From contig JBKBOT010000018.1 in the NCBI GenBank assembly GCA_046293555.1, positions 1-30,304 of the forward strand: DNA of 30,304 nucleotides, written 5' to 3'. Source of the DNA: Pyrobaculum sp. (lineage in GTDB: Archaea > Thermoproteota > Thermoprotei > Thermoproteales > Thermoproteaceae). Positions 1 through 9,705 of the stretch are shown piece after piece; positions within the stretch are counted from its first letter, which is position 1, and the number at the start of each line of letters is the position of its first letter. The notes beneath the pieces were generated by a model. The model was not told where the DNA came from, did no database searches, and saw nothing but the letters and a program-made list of their open reading frames with translations. The position numbers and the translations under genes were made by a program.

Positions 1-1202
1 CCATCTGTGATAACTACGCCGTAGATTAGATAATTGGGATAGGCCCTGTCGCCGTTTTCATCTAGAAAGACTTTGCCGGTTACTCCAGCGTATCTGCCGT
101 CTTTACTCCATTGTTCTAACGTGGCTCTCACCTTGTCCGAATCTGCCGAGGCCAGCTGGCAGATAATTTGCATAATCATCATGGCTGCGTCGTAGCTATA
201 TGGGTCGTAGGCAACCGCCTCTCTGCCATATTTCGCCTTGTATTTCTGCTTAAATTCTACATACTTGGGGTCCTTGGGGTCCGGGCTCGCAATTGTGCCT
301 AACATCTTTCCTGCAGCCATCTCTCTGCCCACCTGTTCGATTAAAGACTTGCTAAACGCAATTCCGTCAGTCCCAATCCACCTAATATTGTTAAGTACAG
401 GGTCGGCAGCCGCCTCCCTTATGGCCACAATTCCGTCGTCTTCAAACGTGACAAATACCAACGCCGCAGGTTCAGGAGTCCTTAGGCCAGTCTTTAGGGC
501 GTCTGACAGCTTCTTTACTGCCGGGGGAATCGCTGTGGGAAATGCCTTGGGGTCTGGGTCATATCCCTCGGCAGCCACCACTTGAATGCCCACAGTCCCA
601 GCCTCTTTCAATATGGCGTCTTTTAGCCCCTCGCCCCACGCATCTTTTCTATACAGGATTACTATCTTCTTTATTTTTAGGTGGTTTACCAAGTCCACAA
701 TTGCCTTAGCTTGAGCGAAGTCTGTGGGGACAATTCTATAGATCCAGTCGCCTGGTAGGGCAAGTAGCGGCGAGGTAGACGAGGGGCTAAAGATAACAAT
801 CTTGTTTTGATCTGCAAAAGACTTGATGGCACTTACCTCCCTGCTGGACATGGGGCCCACTACAACTTTCACCCCTCTGGCGTATAGAGTCTGTAATTTC
901 TCTAGCGCTTTGGTGGGATCCGTGCCTGTGTCTTCTACCACCACTTGAAACTTGACTGTTTGACAAATGGCGTTTGCGTCCTCTACGGCTAACACGATGG
1001 CGTCTCTAGAACCTATGCCATATGTCTGAAGGCCGCCGGTAAGAGGCATCAACGCGCCGATAGTCACTTGAGGGGTAGGTGTTGGCGTAGGGGTTGGAGT
1101 TGGCGTGGGCGTGGCAGCTGGTCCTTGGGTTAATAACAACGCAGCGGCGGCTATTACTATTACCGCAATCGCGATGCCGATGTATATAATTTTGGAGGCC
1201 AT
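1..1202 (-). CDS. Branched-chain amino-acid ABC transporter substrate-binding protein (LivJ/LivK-like); 3' end lies outside the window
   Basis: Translated by hand because it is absent from the ORF track (no stop in window): MASKIIYIGIAIAVIVIAAAALLL membrane anchor, (TP)7 linker, VTIGALMPLTGGLQTYG...VVVEDTGTDPTKA...TGKVFLDENGDR, typical of type I periplasmic binding proteins. Divergent from LivH/LivM permeases. Confidence 0.92.
   Translation of the reverse strand, partial: MASKIIYIGIAIAVIVIAAAALLLTQGPAATPTPTPTPTPTPTPQVTIGALMPLTGGLQTYGIGSRDAIVLAVEDANAICQTVKFQVVVEDTGTDPTKALEKLQTLYARGVKVVVGPMSSREVSAIKSFADQNKIVIFSPSSTSPLLALPGDWIYRIVPTDFAQAKAIVDLVNHLKIKKIVILYRKDAWGEGLKDAILKEAGTVGIQVVAAEGYDPDPKAFPTAIPPAVKKLSDALKTGLRTPEPAALVFVTFEDDGIVAIREAAADPVLNNIRWIGTDGIAFSKSLIEQVGREMAAGKMLGTIASPDPKDPKYVEFKQKYKAKYGREAVAYDPYSYDAAMMIMQIICQLASADSDKVRATLEQWSKDGRYAGVTGKVFLDENGDRAYPNYLIYGVVITD
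1071..1112 (-). repeat. Degenerate 6-bp tandem repeat encoding a (Thr-Pro)7 linker
   Basis: ACGCCC ACGCCA ACTCCA ACCCCT ACGCCA ACACCT ACCCCT on the minus strand, between the anchor and the binding domain. Confidence 0.85.
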
Positions 1203-1303
1203 GTACCATCAATTTGAACGATTTATATCTTTTTACATATATATTTCTATATAGTTTTGATATTAACGCTCTAAAGCTTAAAATAGTTTGGATTTATGGG
1301 CCT

Positions 1304-2251
1304 ATGGTTGAGTTTATGGTAGATTACGGCACGTTGGCTAGGGCGGTTATTTTTTCTAACATCTATGTGCTGCTTGCACTTGGACTTAACCTGACATATA
1401 TTACTACAAAAATCCCCTCGTTTGCACACGGCGATTTGGCGACTGTAGGCGCATATGTTAGCTACCTCACTATAGTACTTCTATTGGCCCCGTCGGGACT
1501 GTTTGAAAGTATATATCTTACATTTCCCATTGTGGCTATCGTAACCGGCGCCGTCGCTGTGGCGATTTATGTAGCTGTTTTCCGGCCGTTAATCCGCCGT
1601 GGGGCAAGTATCACCGCGTTAATGATTGCGTCATTTGGAGTACATTTTGTGATGTTTGCCTCTATCGCCATTTTGGCAGACTATATACAGAATGTATATA
1701 GGGTACTAACTAGAAACGTGTTATTAACTAGGTGGGAGTTCCTCTGGCCGGGGGCAGACCAACTGACGTCAACGTTAATTAACACCACAATTGTCGTAAT
1801 TACAGTCACTCTCATCCTCTATCTTTTCCTATATAGGACAAGATATGGCATCATCATGAGGGCAAGTATTGACAACTTGTATCTCGCGCGGGCGGTGGGC
1901 ATAAATGTAGAAAGAGTCTTCGTGGTGGCTTGGCTCTTAATTGGCGCGGTGACCGGGATAGCCGGGGTCTATATGGCCATGTTTTTCCCACTGACCGAAG
2001 AGCTGGGGTGGCTTAGACTCGCCATGATATTTATCACATCTATTACCGGCGGCCTTTCTAACATATATGGCGCAGTTCTTGGGGGCTATGTTGTTGGCCT
2101 AAGCAGCGTGTTGGGAGCTGCATACATACTAGCGCCTCTAGACATCCCCATAGAATATCAGCTGCTCATCCCGCTGTCTATAGTCATTGTCATCCTCCTG
2201 TTTGCACCTCAAGGCCTCGCGGGAATTGTGTCGAGGTTCGTGGGGAGATGA
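1304..2251 (+). CDS. livH: Branched-chain amino-acid ABC transporter permease LivH
   Basis: Multi-TM protein with ALGLNLTY...SFAHGD and RTRYGIIMRA...ARAVGINVERV motifs. Start moved from 1214 to ATG 1304 because TTAAAATA lies at about 1278. Confidence 0.9.
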   Translation: MVEFMVDYGTLARAVIFSNIYVLLALGLNLTYITTKIPSFAHGDLATVGAYVSYLTIVLLLAPSGLFESIYLTFPIVAIVTGAVAVAIYVAVFRPLIRRGASITALMIASFGVHFVMFASIAILADYIQNVYRVLTRNVLLTRWEFLWPGADQLTSTLINTTIVVITVTLILYLFLYRTRYGIIMRASIDNLYLARAVGINVERVFVVAWLLIGAVTGIAGVYMAMFFPLTEELGWLRLAMIFITSITGGLSNIYGAVLGGYVVGLSSVLGAAYILAPLDIPIEYQLLIPLSIVIVILLFAPQGLAGIVSRFVGR

Positions 2252-3324
2252 TAGAGTCATTTCTGGTGTTATTCAGAGAGACGGCAGTTTTGGTGGCAAT
2301 CTACGGAATATATGTCTTGAGCTTAAACCTGGAGGTGGGGTACATGGGGCTTCCGCAATTCGGCAAAGTCATGTTTCTCGCCTTGGGGGGGCTTGCGGTA
2401 GGCGGCATCGCCACAAAGTTGGCGCTTTGGCTTTATCTAGGCGCCGTAGAGAGTAGGCTTGGCATAAACCCGCTGGCAGATCTCGGGACTTACTGCACTA
2501 CCTATCAATACCAGGCAGTGGGGGTAATCAACACTATATTCCTCCACTCGCCCCTAGAGGCCTTGACGTTTTTCCTTTTGGCCGTCATAATGGCCGCAGC
2601 TCTGGCTGGCGTATTTGGGATAATTATGGCGGGACCCGCGGTGAGACTTCGGGAGGATTACCTAGGCATATTCCTGTTGGTAAGCGCCGAGGCTGTGAGG
2701 GTATTTGCCACATATACGCCGCAGGTGGCTTGTGGCGTCTTTGGCGCCGCCATTCCGGACCCCTTTGTGTGGATGGGGGAGTGGAGGGTATGGGGATATT
2801 TCGCAGTGGTCATACTGTTTCTAGTAATAACTTACGTCATATTGACACACCTCGGCAATTCTCCATTTGGCAGAACGTTGAGAGCTATTAGAGATTCCGA
2901 AATTGCCGCGGCGGTATTTGGGAAAGACATCGTGCGGTTTAGAATAAAGGTGTTGGCCATAGCCTCCGCCCTCGGGGGAGTGGCTGGCGCCTTGCTTGCA
3001 TTTTATGGCAACTATATCAACATGGGGCAGTTCGTGCCTCTCTATACCTTCTACGCGTGGGCTATGCTTATCATAGGTGGGGCTGGCAACAATCTAGGCG
3101 CGTTACTCGGCGTGGGGATATACTACGCCCTAGATAGAACTCTAAGTCTATACAAGGAGGAGATTAGGAAGGTAGTTTTGGTAGACCCCATCTTCTTCCA
3201 GTATATAATCTTCGGCACTATAATCATATTGATGTTAATGTTTAGGCCACAGGGGATTTTGGCCGAAAGGCCCTCGAGGACTTTGTCTAACAGCGTTTTA
3301 CAAAGGCTTAGGAGAAAGAGATAA
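2248..3324 (+). CDS. livM: Branched-chain amino-acid ABC transporter permease LivM
   Basis: LSLNLEVGYMGLPQFG, RLREDYLGI and SPFGRTLRAIRDSEIAA motifs; ATGA overlap with livH. Confidence 0.9.
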   Translation: MIESFLVLFRETAVLVAIYGIYVLSLNLEVGYMGLPQFGKVMFLALGGLAVGGIATKLALWLYLGAVESRLGINPLADLGTYCTTYQYQAVGVINTIFLHSPLEALTFFLLAVIMAAALAGVFGIIMAGPAVRLREDYLGIFLLVSAEAVRVFATYTPQVACGVFGAAIPDPFVWMGEWRVWGYFAVVILFLVITYVILTHLGNSPFGRTLRAIRDSEIAAAVFGKDIVRFRIKVLAIASALGGVAGALLAFYGNYINMGQFVPLYTFYAWAMLIIGGAGNNLGALLGVGIYYALDRTLSLYKEEIRKVVLVDPIFFQYIIFGTIIILMLMFRPQGILAERPSRTLSNSVLQRLRRKR

Positions 3325-3326
3325 AG

Positions 3327-3334
3327 TTTATAAG
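3327..3334 (+). promoter_or_regulatory. Putative TATA box for rpl7ae
   Basis: TTTATAAG preceded by an A-rich BRE-like sequence, 28 nt before ATG 3355. Confidence 0.55.
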
Positions 3335-3354
3335 CTGCCTCAAATTGGAGGTCC

Positions 3355-3804
3355 ATGGCGGTCACCATAGACCCAAAGACGTTTTACGCAAACCCGCCGC
3401 CAGGGAAGCCATTTTACGTCAGGTTTGAAGTCCCCAGCGACGTGGCTGAGAAGGCGTTAGAGATCTTGTCTATAGCTAGACAGACGGGAAAGATAAAAAA
3501 AGGCACCAACGAGGTCACAAAGGCGGTGGAACGTGGCCTCGCCAGGCTCGTGCTTATAGCTGAAGACGTAGACCCGCCAGAGGTGGTGGCCCACCTGCCG
3601 CTCTTATGTGAAGAAAAGAAGGTCCCCTACATATACGTGCCATCAAAAGAGAAGTTGGGCAAAGCCGCGGGGATAAACGTCTCGGCTGCAGCCGCCGTGG
3701 TTATGGAAAGTGGACAAGCTGCAGGCGAGCTAGAGGCGTTGGTAAGTAAGATAAACGAGATTAGAGCTAAACACGGGCTTGTTGCTATACCTACGAGGAG
3801 GTAG
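3355..3804 (+). CDS. rpl7ae: 50S ribosomal protein L7Ae / kink-turn binding protein
   Basis: [17 protein letters not shown] and [22 protein letters not shown] signatures. Confidence 0.97.
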   Translation: MAVTIDPKTFYANPPPGKPFYVRFEVPSDVAEKALEILSIARQTGKIKKGTNEVTKAVERGLARLVLIAEDVDPPEVVAHLPLLCEEKKVPYIYVPSKEKLGKAAGINVSAAAAVVMESGQAAGELEALVSKINEIRAKHGLVAIPTRR

Positions 3805-3979
3805 TTTTCTTCTGCTGTTTTCTAACCCACGCAAGTTTTCTGGGGTTTCTCCCATACTTTACGCTGATGAAACACTTCCTACTGCAGTACCTCTGTACCG
3901 ACCCGTCGTTTTTTACGTACATTATGCCGTAGCCAGGCGGTATGTCTGCCCCACAGAAGTGACACCTGTAGATCTTCAT
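3791..3979 (-). CDS. rpl24e: 50S ribosomal protein L24e
   Basis: CHFCG.DIPPGYG...YCSRKC...RNPRKLAW. Confidence 0.96.
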   Translation of the reverse strand: MKIYRCHFCGADIPPGYGIMYVKNDGSVQRYCSRKCFISVKYGRNPRKLAWVRKQQKKTTSS

Positions 3980-4209
3980 CGTGCCGTAATCTTTCTAGCT
4001 TCTCTCTCTGTTTCTCTCAACATCACGATATCGCCTAATCTCACCGGCCCCTTGACGTTACGCGTCAAGACCCGCCCCTTGTCTCTCCCCTCTAGAACCC
4101 TAATTTTCACCTGTGTGACCTCTCCGGCGATTCCGGTGCGGCCTAGTATCTGGACTACAAGCCCAGCCACGGCGTCTTCATATGGCGAGAACCTGACCTC
4201 CTCGGCCAT
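3976..4209 (-). CDS. rps28e: 30S ribosomal protein S28e
   Basis: [12 protein letters not shown]...[22 protein letters not shown]. Confidence 0.97.
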   Translation of the reverse strand: MAEEVRFSPYEDAVAGLVVQILGRTGIAGEVTQVKIRVLEGRDKGRVLTRNVKGPVRLGDIVMLRETEREARKITAR

Positions 4210-4228
4210 GGAGCTGCGGGTTTAATGC

Positions 4229-4250
4229 TATTTAAAGTTTTCTTTTTAAA
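4229..4250. promoter_or_regulatory. Back-to-back TATA boxes for rps28e (-) and argS (+)
   Basis: TTTAAATA on minus (4236-4229), 27 nt before ATG 4209; TTTTTAAA on plus (4243-4250), 27 nt before GTG 4270. Confidence 0.6.
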
Positions 4251-4269
4251 GACTATAGTACTAGCTATT

Positions 4270-6153
4270 GTGGAGCCTCTGGCATATCCAAGAGAGGAGT
4301 TTAAAAGAGTCGTGGCTAAGGTGGCGGAGCTTCTCGATATTAGAGAGGCGCCGGGTGTGGAGAAGAGTAGGCGTTATGGGTACTTTACTGCAAAATTTCA
4401 TAGATATAGGATAGACCCGACAAAGCTGAAAGAGGCTGTGGAGTCTATCGACAAGTCTTTTGAATATCTGACAAACCTCTCCGTAGAGGGTCTATATCTC
4501 AACGTAGATATAGAAGTCAGAAGGCTTGCAGAACTGGTCTTTGAGGCTGTGGAAAAGATGGGAGAGAGATATGGCTATACGGAGGGGTGTAAAGTGGGGT
4601 CGTTTTTAGTTGAACACACCTCTGCAAACCCCATACATCCGCTACATATAGGCCACGGGAGGAACGCCATATTGGGGGACTCTCTGGCACGTCTGTTGAA
4701 GTTCTGTAACAACAGGGTGGAGGTACACTTCTATGTCGACGACTGCGGCGTGCAGGTGATGTATGCAGCTCTTGGGCTAAAGGCCGTAAGAGGGGAGGCG
4801 GGGCTCCAAAAGGCAAAGCCCGACCTGGCGGTGGGGTATATATACTCAGCTGTAAACGCCATAGCTGAGATAAACAGGTTGAAAAAAGAGTTGGCGAAAG
4901 AGCGTGATGAAGAAAAAAAGAGAGAGATCATCAGAGAGATTGACGAATGGATGGGGGTATTAAAGCGGCTTGTAGAGACAGAAGGCGATGTTGTCAACAT
5001 GTTGGCAAGGGCGTTAGGCCATAGAGATCTCGCAGAAGAGGCTGTGGAGCTAAACAAGAGGTATGAGTCTGGAGAGGGGGAGGCAAAAGAGGTGGTTAGA
5101 CAGGTGGTAGGGCTTGTCCTAAAGGGACAGAGAGAGACTCTCACACGGCTGGGCGTAGAGATAGACAGTTGGGATTATGAAAGCGAGATCTCTGTGTGGT
5201 CTGGCGAGGCCTCTAGAGTAGTCAGAGAGCTGGCCATAAGGTGGCCACAGTATGTAGAGAACAAGGGCGGCGCCGTGGTGTTTAGAGCCGACAAGTTTGT
5301 TGAGGACTTTAACCTATATGAGGTGTTAGACTTGCCGAAATTCATACCGCCAGTTACGTTAACTAGGTCTGACGGCACAACTCTCTACGTCACTAGAGAT
5401 GTGGCATATGCGTTGTGGCAATGGCGGCGTGGGTTCGACAAGGTCGTTAGAGTTATCTCTACAGAACAGACACACGAGCAGGCACATGTCCGCACCATAC
5501 TCTACGCCCTGGGCTATGAAGACGCGGCCAGGGGGGTTATGCATTATGCATACGAGATGGTAAACCTCCCCGGCGCCAAGATGTCAGCAAGGAGGGGGCA
5601 ATATATATCTCTCGACGAGATTTTAGACGAAGCTGCTGAACGTTCTGCAAGTTTAGTAAAGGAGAAAAATCCAGAGGTGGCTGGCGTCATAGCCGAGAGG
5701 GTGGCGGTAGGCGCGGTGAGATATGCCTTCCAGTCCACAGGCCCTAAAAAGCCCATTGAGTTCAAGTGGGACGCCGTGTTAAACATGAGGCAAAACTCGG
5801 GGCCGTTCCTACAGTATAGCTACGTTAGAGCTAACTCTATCCTAGAAAAGGCGCCTCAGACACGCGACGTGGCCATTCCAGACCAGTTACTGCCCGAGGA
5901 AAGGGAGTTGGTGATAAAAGTCGCAGAGTGGCCTGACGTAGTTAAGGAGGCTGTAGGCGCCATGAGGCCTGACTACATTGCCGAATATCTCGACGGCCTC
6001 GCCATCTTGTTTAACAGCTATTACGAAAAGGCGCCGGTGCTTAAAGCTGAAGAGCCGGCGAGGAGTTTTAGACTCGCCCTAGTGAGCTCCATAAAGACTG
6101 TGCTGGGGGCAGGTTTTTACATTCTCGGCATACCCACCCTGTCTAAAATGTGA
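4270..6153 (+). CDS. argS: Arginyl-tRNA synthetase
   Basis: EHTSANPIHPLHIGHGRN (HIGH motif), KMSARRG, and a DALR-type C-terminus. Start set at GTG 4270 from TATA spacing. Confidence 0.96.
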   Translation: MEPLAYPREEFKRVVAKVAELLDIREAPGVEKSRRYGYFTAKFHRYRIDPTKLKEAVESIDKSFEYLTNLSVEGLYLNVDIEVRRLAELVFEAVEKMGERYGYTEGCKVGSFLVEHTSANPIHPLHIGHGRNAILGDSLARLLKFCNNRVEVHFYVDDCGVQVMYAALGLKAVRGEAGLQKAKPDLAVGYIYSAVNAIAEINRLKKELAKERDEEKKREIIREIDEWMGVLKRLVETEGDVVNMLARALGHRDLAEEAVELNKRYESGEGEAKEVVRQVVGLVLKGQRETLTRLGVEIDSWDYESEISVWSGEASRVVRELAIRWPQYVENKGGAVVFRADKFVEDFNLYEVLDLPKFIPPVTLTRSDGTTLYVTRDVAYALWQWRRGFDKVVRVISTEQTHEQAHVRTILYALGYEDAARGVMHYAYEMVNLPGAKMSARRGQYISLDEILDEAAERSASLVKEKNPEVAGVIAERVAVGAVRYAFQSTGPKKPIEFKWDAVLNMRQNSGPFLQYSYVRANSILEKAPQTRDVAIPDQLLPEERELVIKVAEWPDVVKEAVGAMRPDYIAEYLDGLAILFNSYYEKAPVLKAEEPARSFRLALVSSIKTVLGAGFYILGIPTLSKM

Positions 6154-6686
6154 ACATCGGGAAGTTAGGTGAGTGTATAGCTATTGAGACACTACGGCGG
6201 CGGGGATACCTAGTGTGGATGCCAGAGGAATTTATCCGCCACCTAGAGCTCGCGGCTATTTACTACACGATTGATGGAAAATGTGGAGAGGGGCCAAAAG
6301 AACCTCTGTCGTTCTCTATAGCCACGCCCTTTGGCTACATTTCTTTAACTTTGTGGAGAGACAGCTGTATAGAGGATGCCGGCAGGAAGGCAACCCCTCT
6401 GGAGTATATATACCTCCCCTGTGTAAAGAGGTGTATAGAAAAAAAGCTGGGGCCATTACTCCCCACGTTGGGGCTAGCTGCAGAGCTCCTCTCCCATAGG
6501 TCTCTACTTAAGTCGATAGATCTCTTCGCCTATAAAGACGGCGTCTTGTATGCAGTAGAAGTAAAGACAAATAGCGGTAGGCCTTCAGATGTACAAATAG
6601 AAAAAACCACGGTGTTAAAGAAGGTTAGACACCTCCTTGTCCGCGTCTATTTACAGAACCCCCTTGTGGAGATAAAGTCGCTATGA
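6150..6686 (+). CDS. PD-(D/E)XK nuclease-fold protein (Hjc/YraN-like motifs)
   Basis: GKLGECIAIETLRRRGY (motif I), SIDLFAYKDG (II), AVEVKT (III); GTGA overlap with argS. Confidence 0.7.
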   Translation: MNIGKLGECIAIETLRRRGYLVWMPEEFIRHLELAAIYYTIDGKCGEGPKEPLSFSIATPFGYISLTLWRDSCIEDAGRKATPLEYIYLPCVKRCIEKKLGPLLPTLGLAAELLSHRSLLKSIDLFAYKDGVLYAVEVKTNSGRPSDVQIEKTTVLKKVRHLLVRVYLQNPLVEIKSL

Positions 6687-6963
6687 CTTGTGCCATTTTT
6701 TCAATACATAACACCACATCTCGGGCCAGAAAGCCCCTGGTGGCTGGACTCAACACCTTGTAGACCTCCTCTTGAGATAGGACATATGCAGAGGCCATAA
6801 ATTTGGCCAAGACGTACTCCCTACTTGTGTGAATAACCTCCTCTAACTTCTTCCACCCGTCTACCCAATTGTTAACTTCCAGCAAGCTAAGGCAGAGTCT
6901 AGATAGCTCTCTGTAGTCCTCCTCCTCTATTGCCTTACTTATAGCTTTCTGTAACTCCCTCAT
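6625..6963 (-). CDS. Hypothetical helical protein
   Basis: 112-aa ORF with protein-like composition; overlaps the end of sui1, probably co-transcribed. Confidence 0.65.
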   Translation of the reverse strand: MRELQKAISKAIEEEDYRELSRLCLSLLEVNNWVDGWKKLEEVIHTSREYVLAKFMASAYVLSQEEVYKVLSPATRGFLARDVVLCIEKMAQVIATLSPQGGSVNRRGQGGV

Positions 6964-7303
6964 CTATCAATATGTTCTCCTCTTTAAACCCCATCTCAAT
7001 TAACAACTTTTTGACTTTCTGCCTGTGGTCCCCCTGGATTTCAATCCAGCTATCTCTGATCGTGCCCCCCGCCGCCAGCCTTTTCTTTAGCTCTCTAGCC
7101 ATGTCTTTTATGCCCAACTGTTTGGCGTCTTCCGAGTTGCCAAAATCTACAATAGTCACATAGTGCCCCCTCCTGTTTTCAAGCCTGATTCTAATTAGCG
7201 CCTTTTCTTTTGTAATTGTCTGCATTAGGGATTTCTCATCTGCACCACCTAGCAGCTGGTCAATTATGTCTTCCGCATCCTGACCTGGAATTTTTATCTC
7301 CAT
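6935..7303 (-). CDS. sui1: Translation initiation factor aIF1 / SUI1
   Basis: [16 protein letters not shown]...[11 protein letters not shown]...IEIQGDHR. Confidence 0.93.
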   Translation of the reverse strand: MEIKIPGQDAEDIIDQLLGGADEKSLMQTITKEKALIRIRLENRRGHYVTIVDFGNSEDAKQLGIKDMARELKKRLAAGGTIRDSWIEIQGDHRQKVKKLLIEMGFKEENILIDEGVTESYK

Positions 7304-7330
7304 TCTAGGCTCTATCGTTATCTCTAGTAT

Positions 7331-7819
7331 TTAAACATTACTTACTGACGGCTGTAGGTCAATCTTGACGTTCTTAATGGCGGCTGGAGGCATGTCAAAC
7401 AGGATCGCCACATATCTTGCATAAAATGTACGTTCTACACAAGTCACCAGCCTCTCGACGTCAGATAGCCAAAGCTCTACCGGCTTTATGACTATATGTG
7501 GGGGGATCTGTACGCCAGTGGGCTTCATATATGGCTTAGATATACAGCGAAACATCTTGCGTCTCTTAGCCACTATGTATCCCGCGCCTATCTCGCCACT
7601 TTCGTCTACTAACGCCACGTAGGCCCCCCAGGGGGGCTCTACCCCCTCTATAGATACCCCCTCTATCTTGTATGTCCTCCCTGGAGACAGCTGTATTTCT
7701 ACCTCCCGTTTTATAACCCACGGGAGGTCTATGGCGTTTACTACATACTTGTCGTCTTGAGTTCTCCTCGCCTTGTATTTCTTCGCCAGTTCTATAGGCG
7801 TTGGGGCAAACACCTCCAC
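7331..7819 (-). CDS. Hypothetical protein
   Basis: 162-aa ORF filling the gap between sui1 and mtaP; no motif recognised. Confidence 0.7.
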   Translation of the reverse strand: MEVFAPTPIELAKKYKARRTQDDKYVVNAIDLPWVIKREVEIQLSPGRTYKIEGVSIEGVEPPWGAYVALVDESGEIGAGYIVAKRRKMFRCISKPYMKPTGVQIPPHIVIKPVELWLSDVERLVTCVERTFYARYVAILFDMPPAAIKNVKIDLQPSVSNV

Positions 7820-7851
7820 AATAGTTAAAACTTCTGGTATTTTACCTATTT

Positions 7852-8694
7852 ATGGTGATAAAGCTGACACATCCCCCCAGCACGCCGTCTGAAATTGGGC
7901 TTGACCAATTTCCAAAAATTGGCATAATTGGAGGCAGCGGGCTTTACGACCCGGGGATTTTTGAGGAGGCAAGAGAAATACAGATACACACGCCGTATGG
8001 CCTCCCGTCAGACAACGTAATTGTGGGGAAAGTGGCCGGCCGGCCTGTGGCCTTTCTGCCTAGACATGGACGTGGCCACAAATATCCGCCGCACAAGATA
8101 CCATATAAGGCCAACGTATATGCGCTAAACGCGTTGGGGGTAACTTCCATCATTGCGGTAAGCGCGGTAGGCTCCCTGAGGCCTGACTACGCGCCAGGGG
8201 ATTTTGTGGTGCCAGACCAGTTTGTCGACATGACGAGAGGGAGGGATTACACCTTTTACGACGGCCCCCGCACATGTCACGTCCAGATAGGCCTTGAGCC
8301 ATTTACACAGGAAATACGCCGGGCCCTTATAGATGCCGCCAGGAGGTACAACAAGACGCATGACGGCGGCTGTTATGTATGTATAGAGGGGCCACGTTTT
8401 AGCACCAAGGCGGAGTCGCGGGTCTGGAGAGAAGTTTTTGGATGTGACATAATTGGGATGACGTTAGTCCCTGAGATAAACCTGGCGAGAGAGCTGGGGA
8501 TGTGTTACGGCTTGATTGCACTAGTGACAGATTACGACATCTGGGTGCCACACCAGCCTGTGACCGCAGAGGCGGTAGAAAAGATGATGGTAGAGAAAAT
8601 TGGCCTAATAAAGAAGGTGGTGACTGAAGTTGTCCCCCAGATCCCCCTCGAGATGCCTAAATGTAGAGAAGTTCTGAGATATGCCTGTATCTAA
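7852..8694 (+). CDS. mtaP: 5'-methylthioadenosine phosphorylase
   Basis: IGIIGGSGLY, FLPRHGRGH, EGPRFSTKAES, IGMT...PE and VTDYD motifs. Confidence 0.93.
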   Translation: MVIKLTHPPSTPSEIGLDQFPKIGIIGGSGLYDPGIFEEAREIQIHTPYGLPSDNVIVGKVAGRPVAFLPRHGRGHKYPPHKIPYKANVYALNALGVTSIIAVSAVGSLRPDYAPGDFVVPDQFVDMTRGRDYTFYDGPRTCHVQIGLEPFTQEIRRALIDAARRYNKTHDGGCYVCIEGPRFSTKAESRVWREVFGCDIIGMTLVPEINLARELGMCYGLIALVTDYDIWVPHQPVTAEAVEKMMVEKIGLIKKVVTEVVPQIPLEMPKCREVLRYACI

Positions 8695-8696
8695 AA

Positions 8697-8704
8697 TTTA
8701 TATA
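8697..8704 (+). promoter_or_regulatory. Putative TATA box for aIF5A
   Basis: AAAA-TTTATATA, 28 nt before ATG 8725. Confidence 0.6.
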
Positions 8705-8724
8705 GACCTACTGTAGGAAGGGCG

Positions 8725-9123
8725 ATGTCTACAAGATACGTAGAGGCTGGCGAACTGAAGGAGGGGTCGTACGTGGTAATTGACAACGAGCCCTGCCGCG
8801 TGGTAGAGATTACAAAAGCTAAAACTGGAAAACATGGCAGCGCCAAGGCGAGAATTGTGGCTGTAGGCGTATTTGACGGCGCAAAACGTACACTCAGCGT
8901 GCCGGTAGAGACACAGGTAGAGGTGCCAATCATAGAGAAATTTACGGCACAGGTGTTGTCTATATCTGGGGACGTCATCCAGTTGATGGACATGCGGGAC
9001 TACAAGACTGTTGAAGTCTCTATGAGATATGTTGAAGACGAGGCTAAGGGCAGGCTGGCGCCGGGAGTAGAGGTAGAGGTGTGGCAGATATTAAATAGGC
9101 ACAAGATAATACGTGTAAAATAG
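8725..9123 (+). CDS. eif5a: Translation factor aIF5A
   Basis: Hypusination loop [10 protein letters not shown]. Confidence 0.97.
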   Translation: MSTRYVEAGELKEGSYVVIDNEPCRVVEITKAKTGKHGSAKARIVAVGVFDGAKRTLSVPVETQVEVPIIEKFTAQVLSISGDVIQLMDMRDYKTVEVSMRYVEDEAKGRLAPGVEVEVWQILNRHKIIRVK

Positions 9124-9126
9124 CCG

Positions 9127-9705
9127 CTATTGCGACGGGGGAGGCGCGGTAAATACATAGTAAGGCTCTTGTCCCGCAAGCTCTTTTAAGATCCTGTCAG
9201 TTATAAGTTCCACCAGGTCTACCCCCACCCTCTGTCTAATTTCGTCATATGAGGCAAACGGCTTTTTCCTCCTCTCTTCGAGAATTTCCTGTACTTTCTT
9301 CTTCCCTACGCCCTTTAATAGCTCTAGGCTATGTAGCTTGAGGGTAATAGGCCCGGCCTCGTTAAACCATTTTACAAACCGGCTCTCCCGATGTTCAACA
9401 AGCTTCTTTACTGTTGTATATAGGTTTTCTCTGCCTTGTGGCTGTAGGTCGTCATATTTTATCCTTCTCACTATTTTGTCTACCTTTTCTCTAGTGCCGG
9501 ACCCCACGTAGACCCGCTCCCCTATCTCTACCCCAGCGCCTTTCTTAAGAGTTACTTCTAGCAGGGTGAAATACTCCTCTCCCACCAGGTGGGCGTAGGT
9601 CACGTCGTGGGGAAAGTCTCTTCTAATCTTAGCTGGCAGCTTGTATACTGCCACTTCAGGGGGCAATATGTCGATTACGTATGCGTATTCTTCTCGTCGC
9701 CTCAT
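9127..9705 (-). CDS. DUF655 / COG1491 predicted nucleic-acid-binding protein
   Basis: VGEEYFTLLEV, WFNEAGPITLKLHSLELLKGVGKK (HhH-like); conserved position downstream of rpoF. Confidence 0.88.
   Translation of the reverse strand: MRRREEYAYVIDILPPEVAVYKLPAKIRRDFPHDVTYAHLVGEEYFTLLEVTLKKGAGVEIGERVYVGSGTREKVDKIVRRIKYDDLQPQGRENLYTTVKKLVEHRESRFVKWFNEAGPITLKLHSLELLKGVGKKKVQEILEERRKKPFASYDEIRQRVGVDLVELITDRILKELAGQEPYYVFTAPPPSQ

Noticed and set aside
238-1212. Track ORFs 238..585 (+) and 1006..1212 (-)
   Set aside because: Shadow frames of the real minus-strand binding-protein gene, which the track omitted.
2385-2391. G7 run in livM, and similar 7-8 nt homopolymers elsewhere, as phase-variation sites
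   Set aside because: Runs are short, frames are intact, and codon content explains them.
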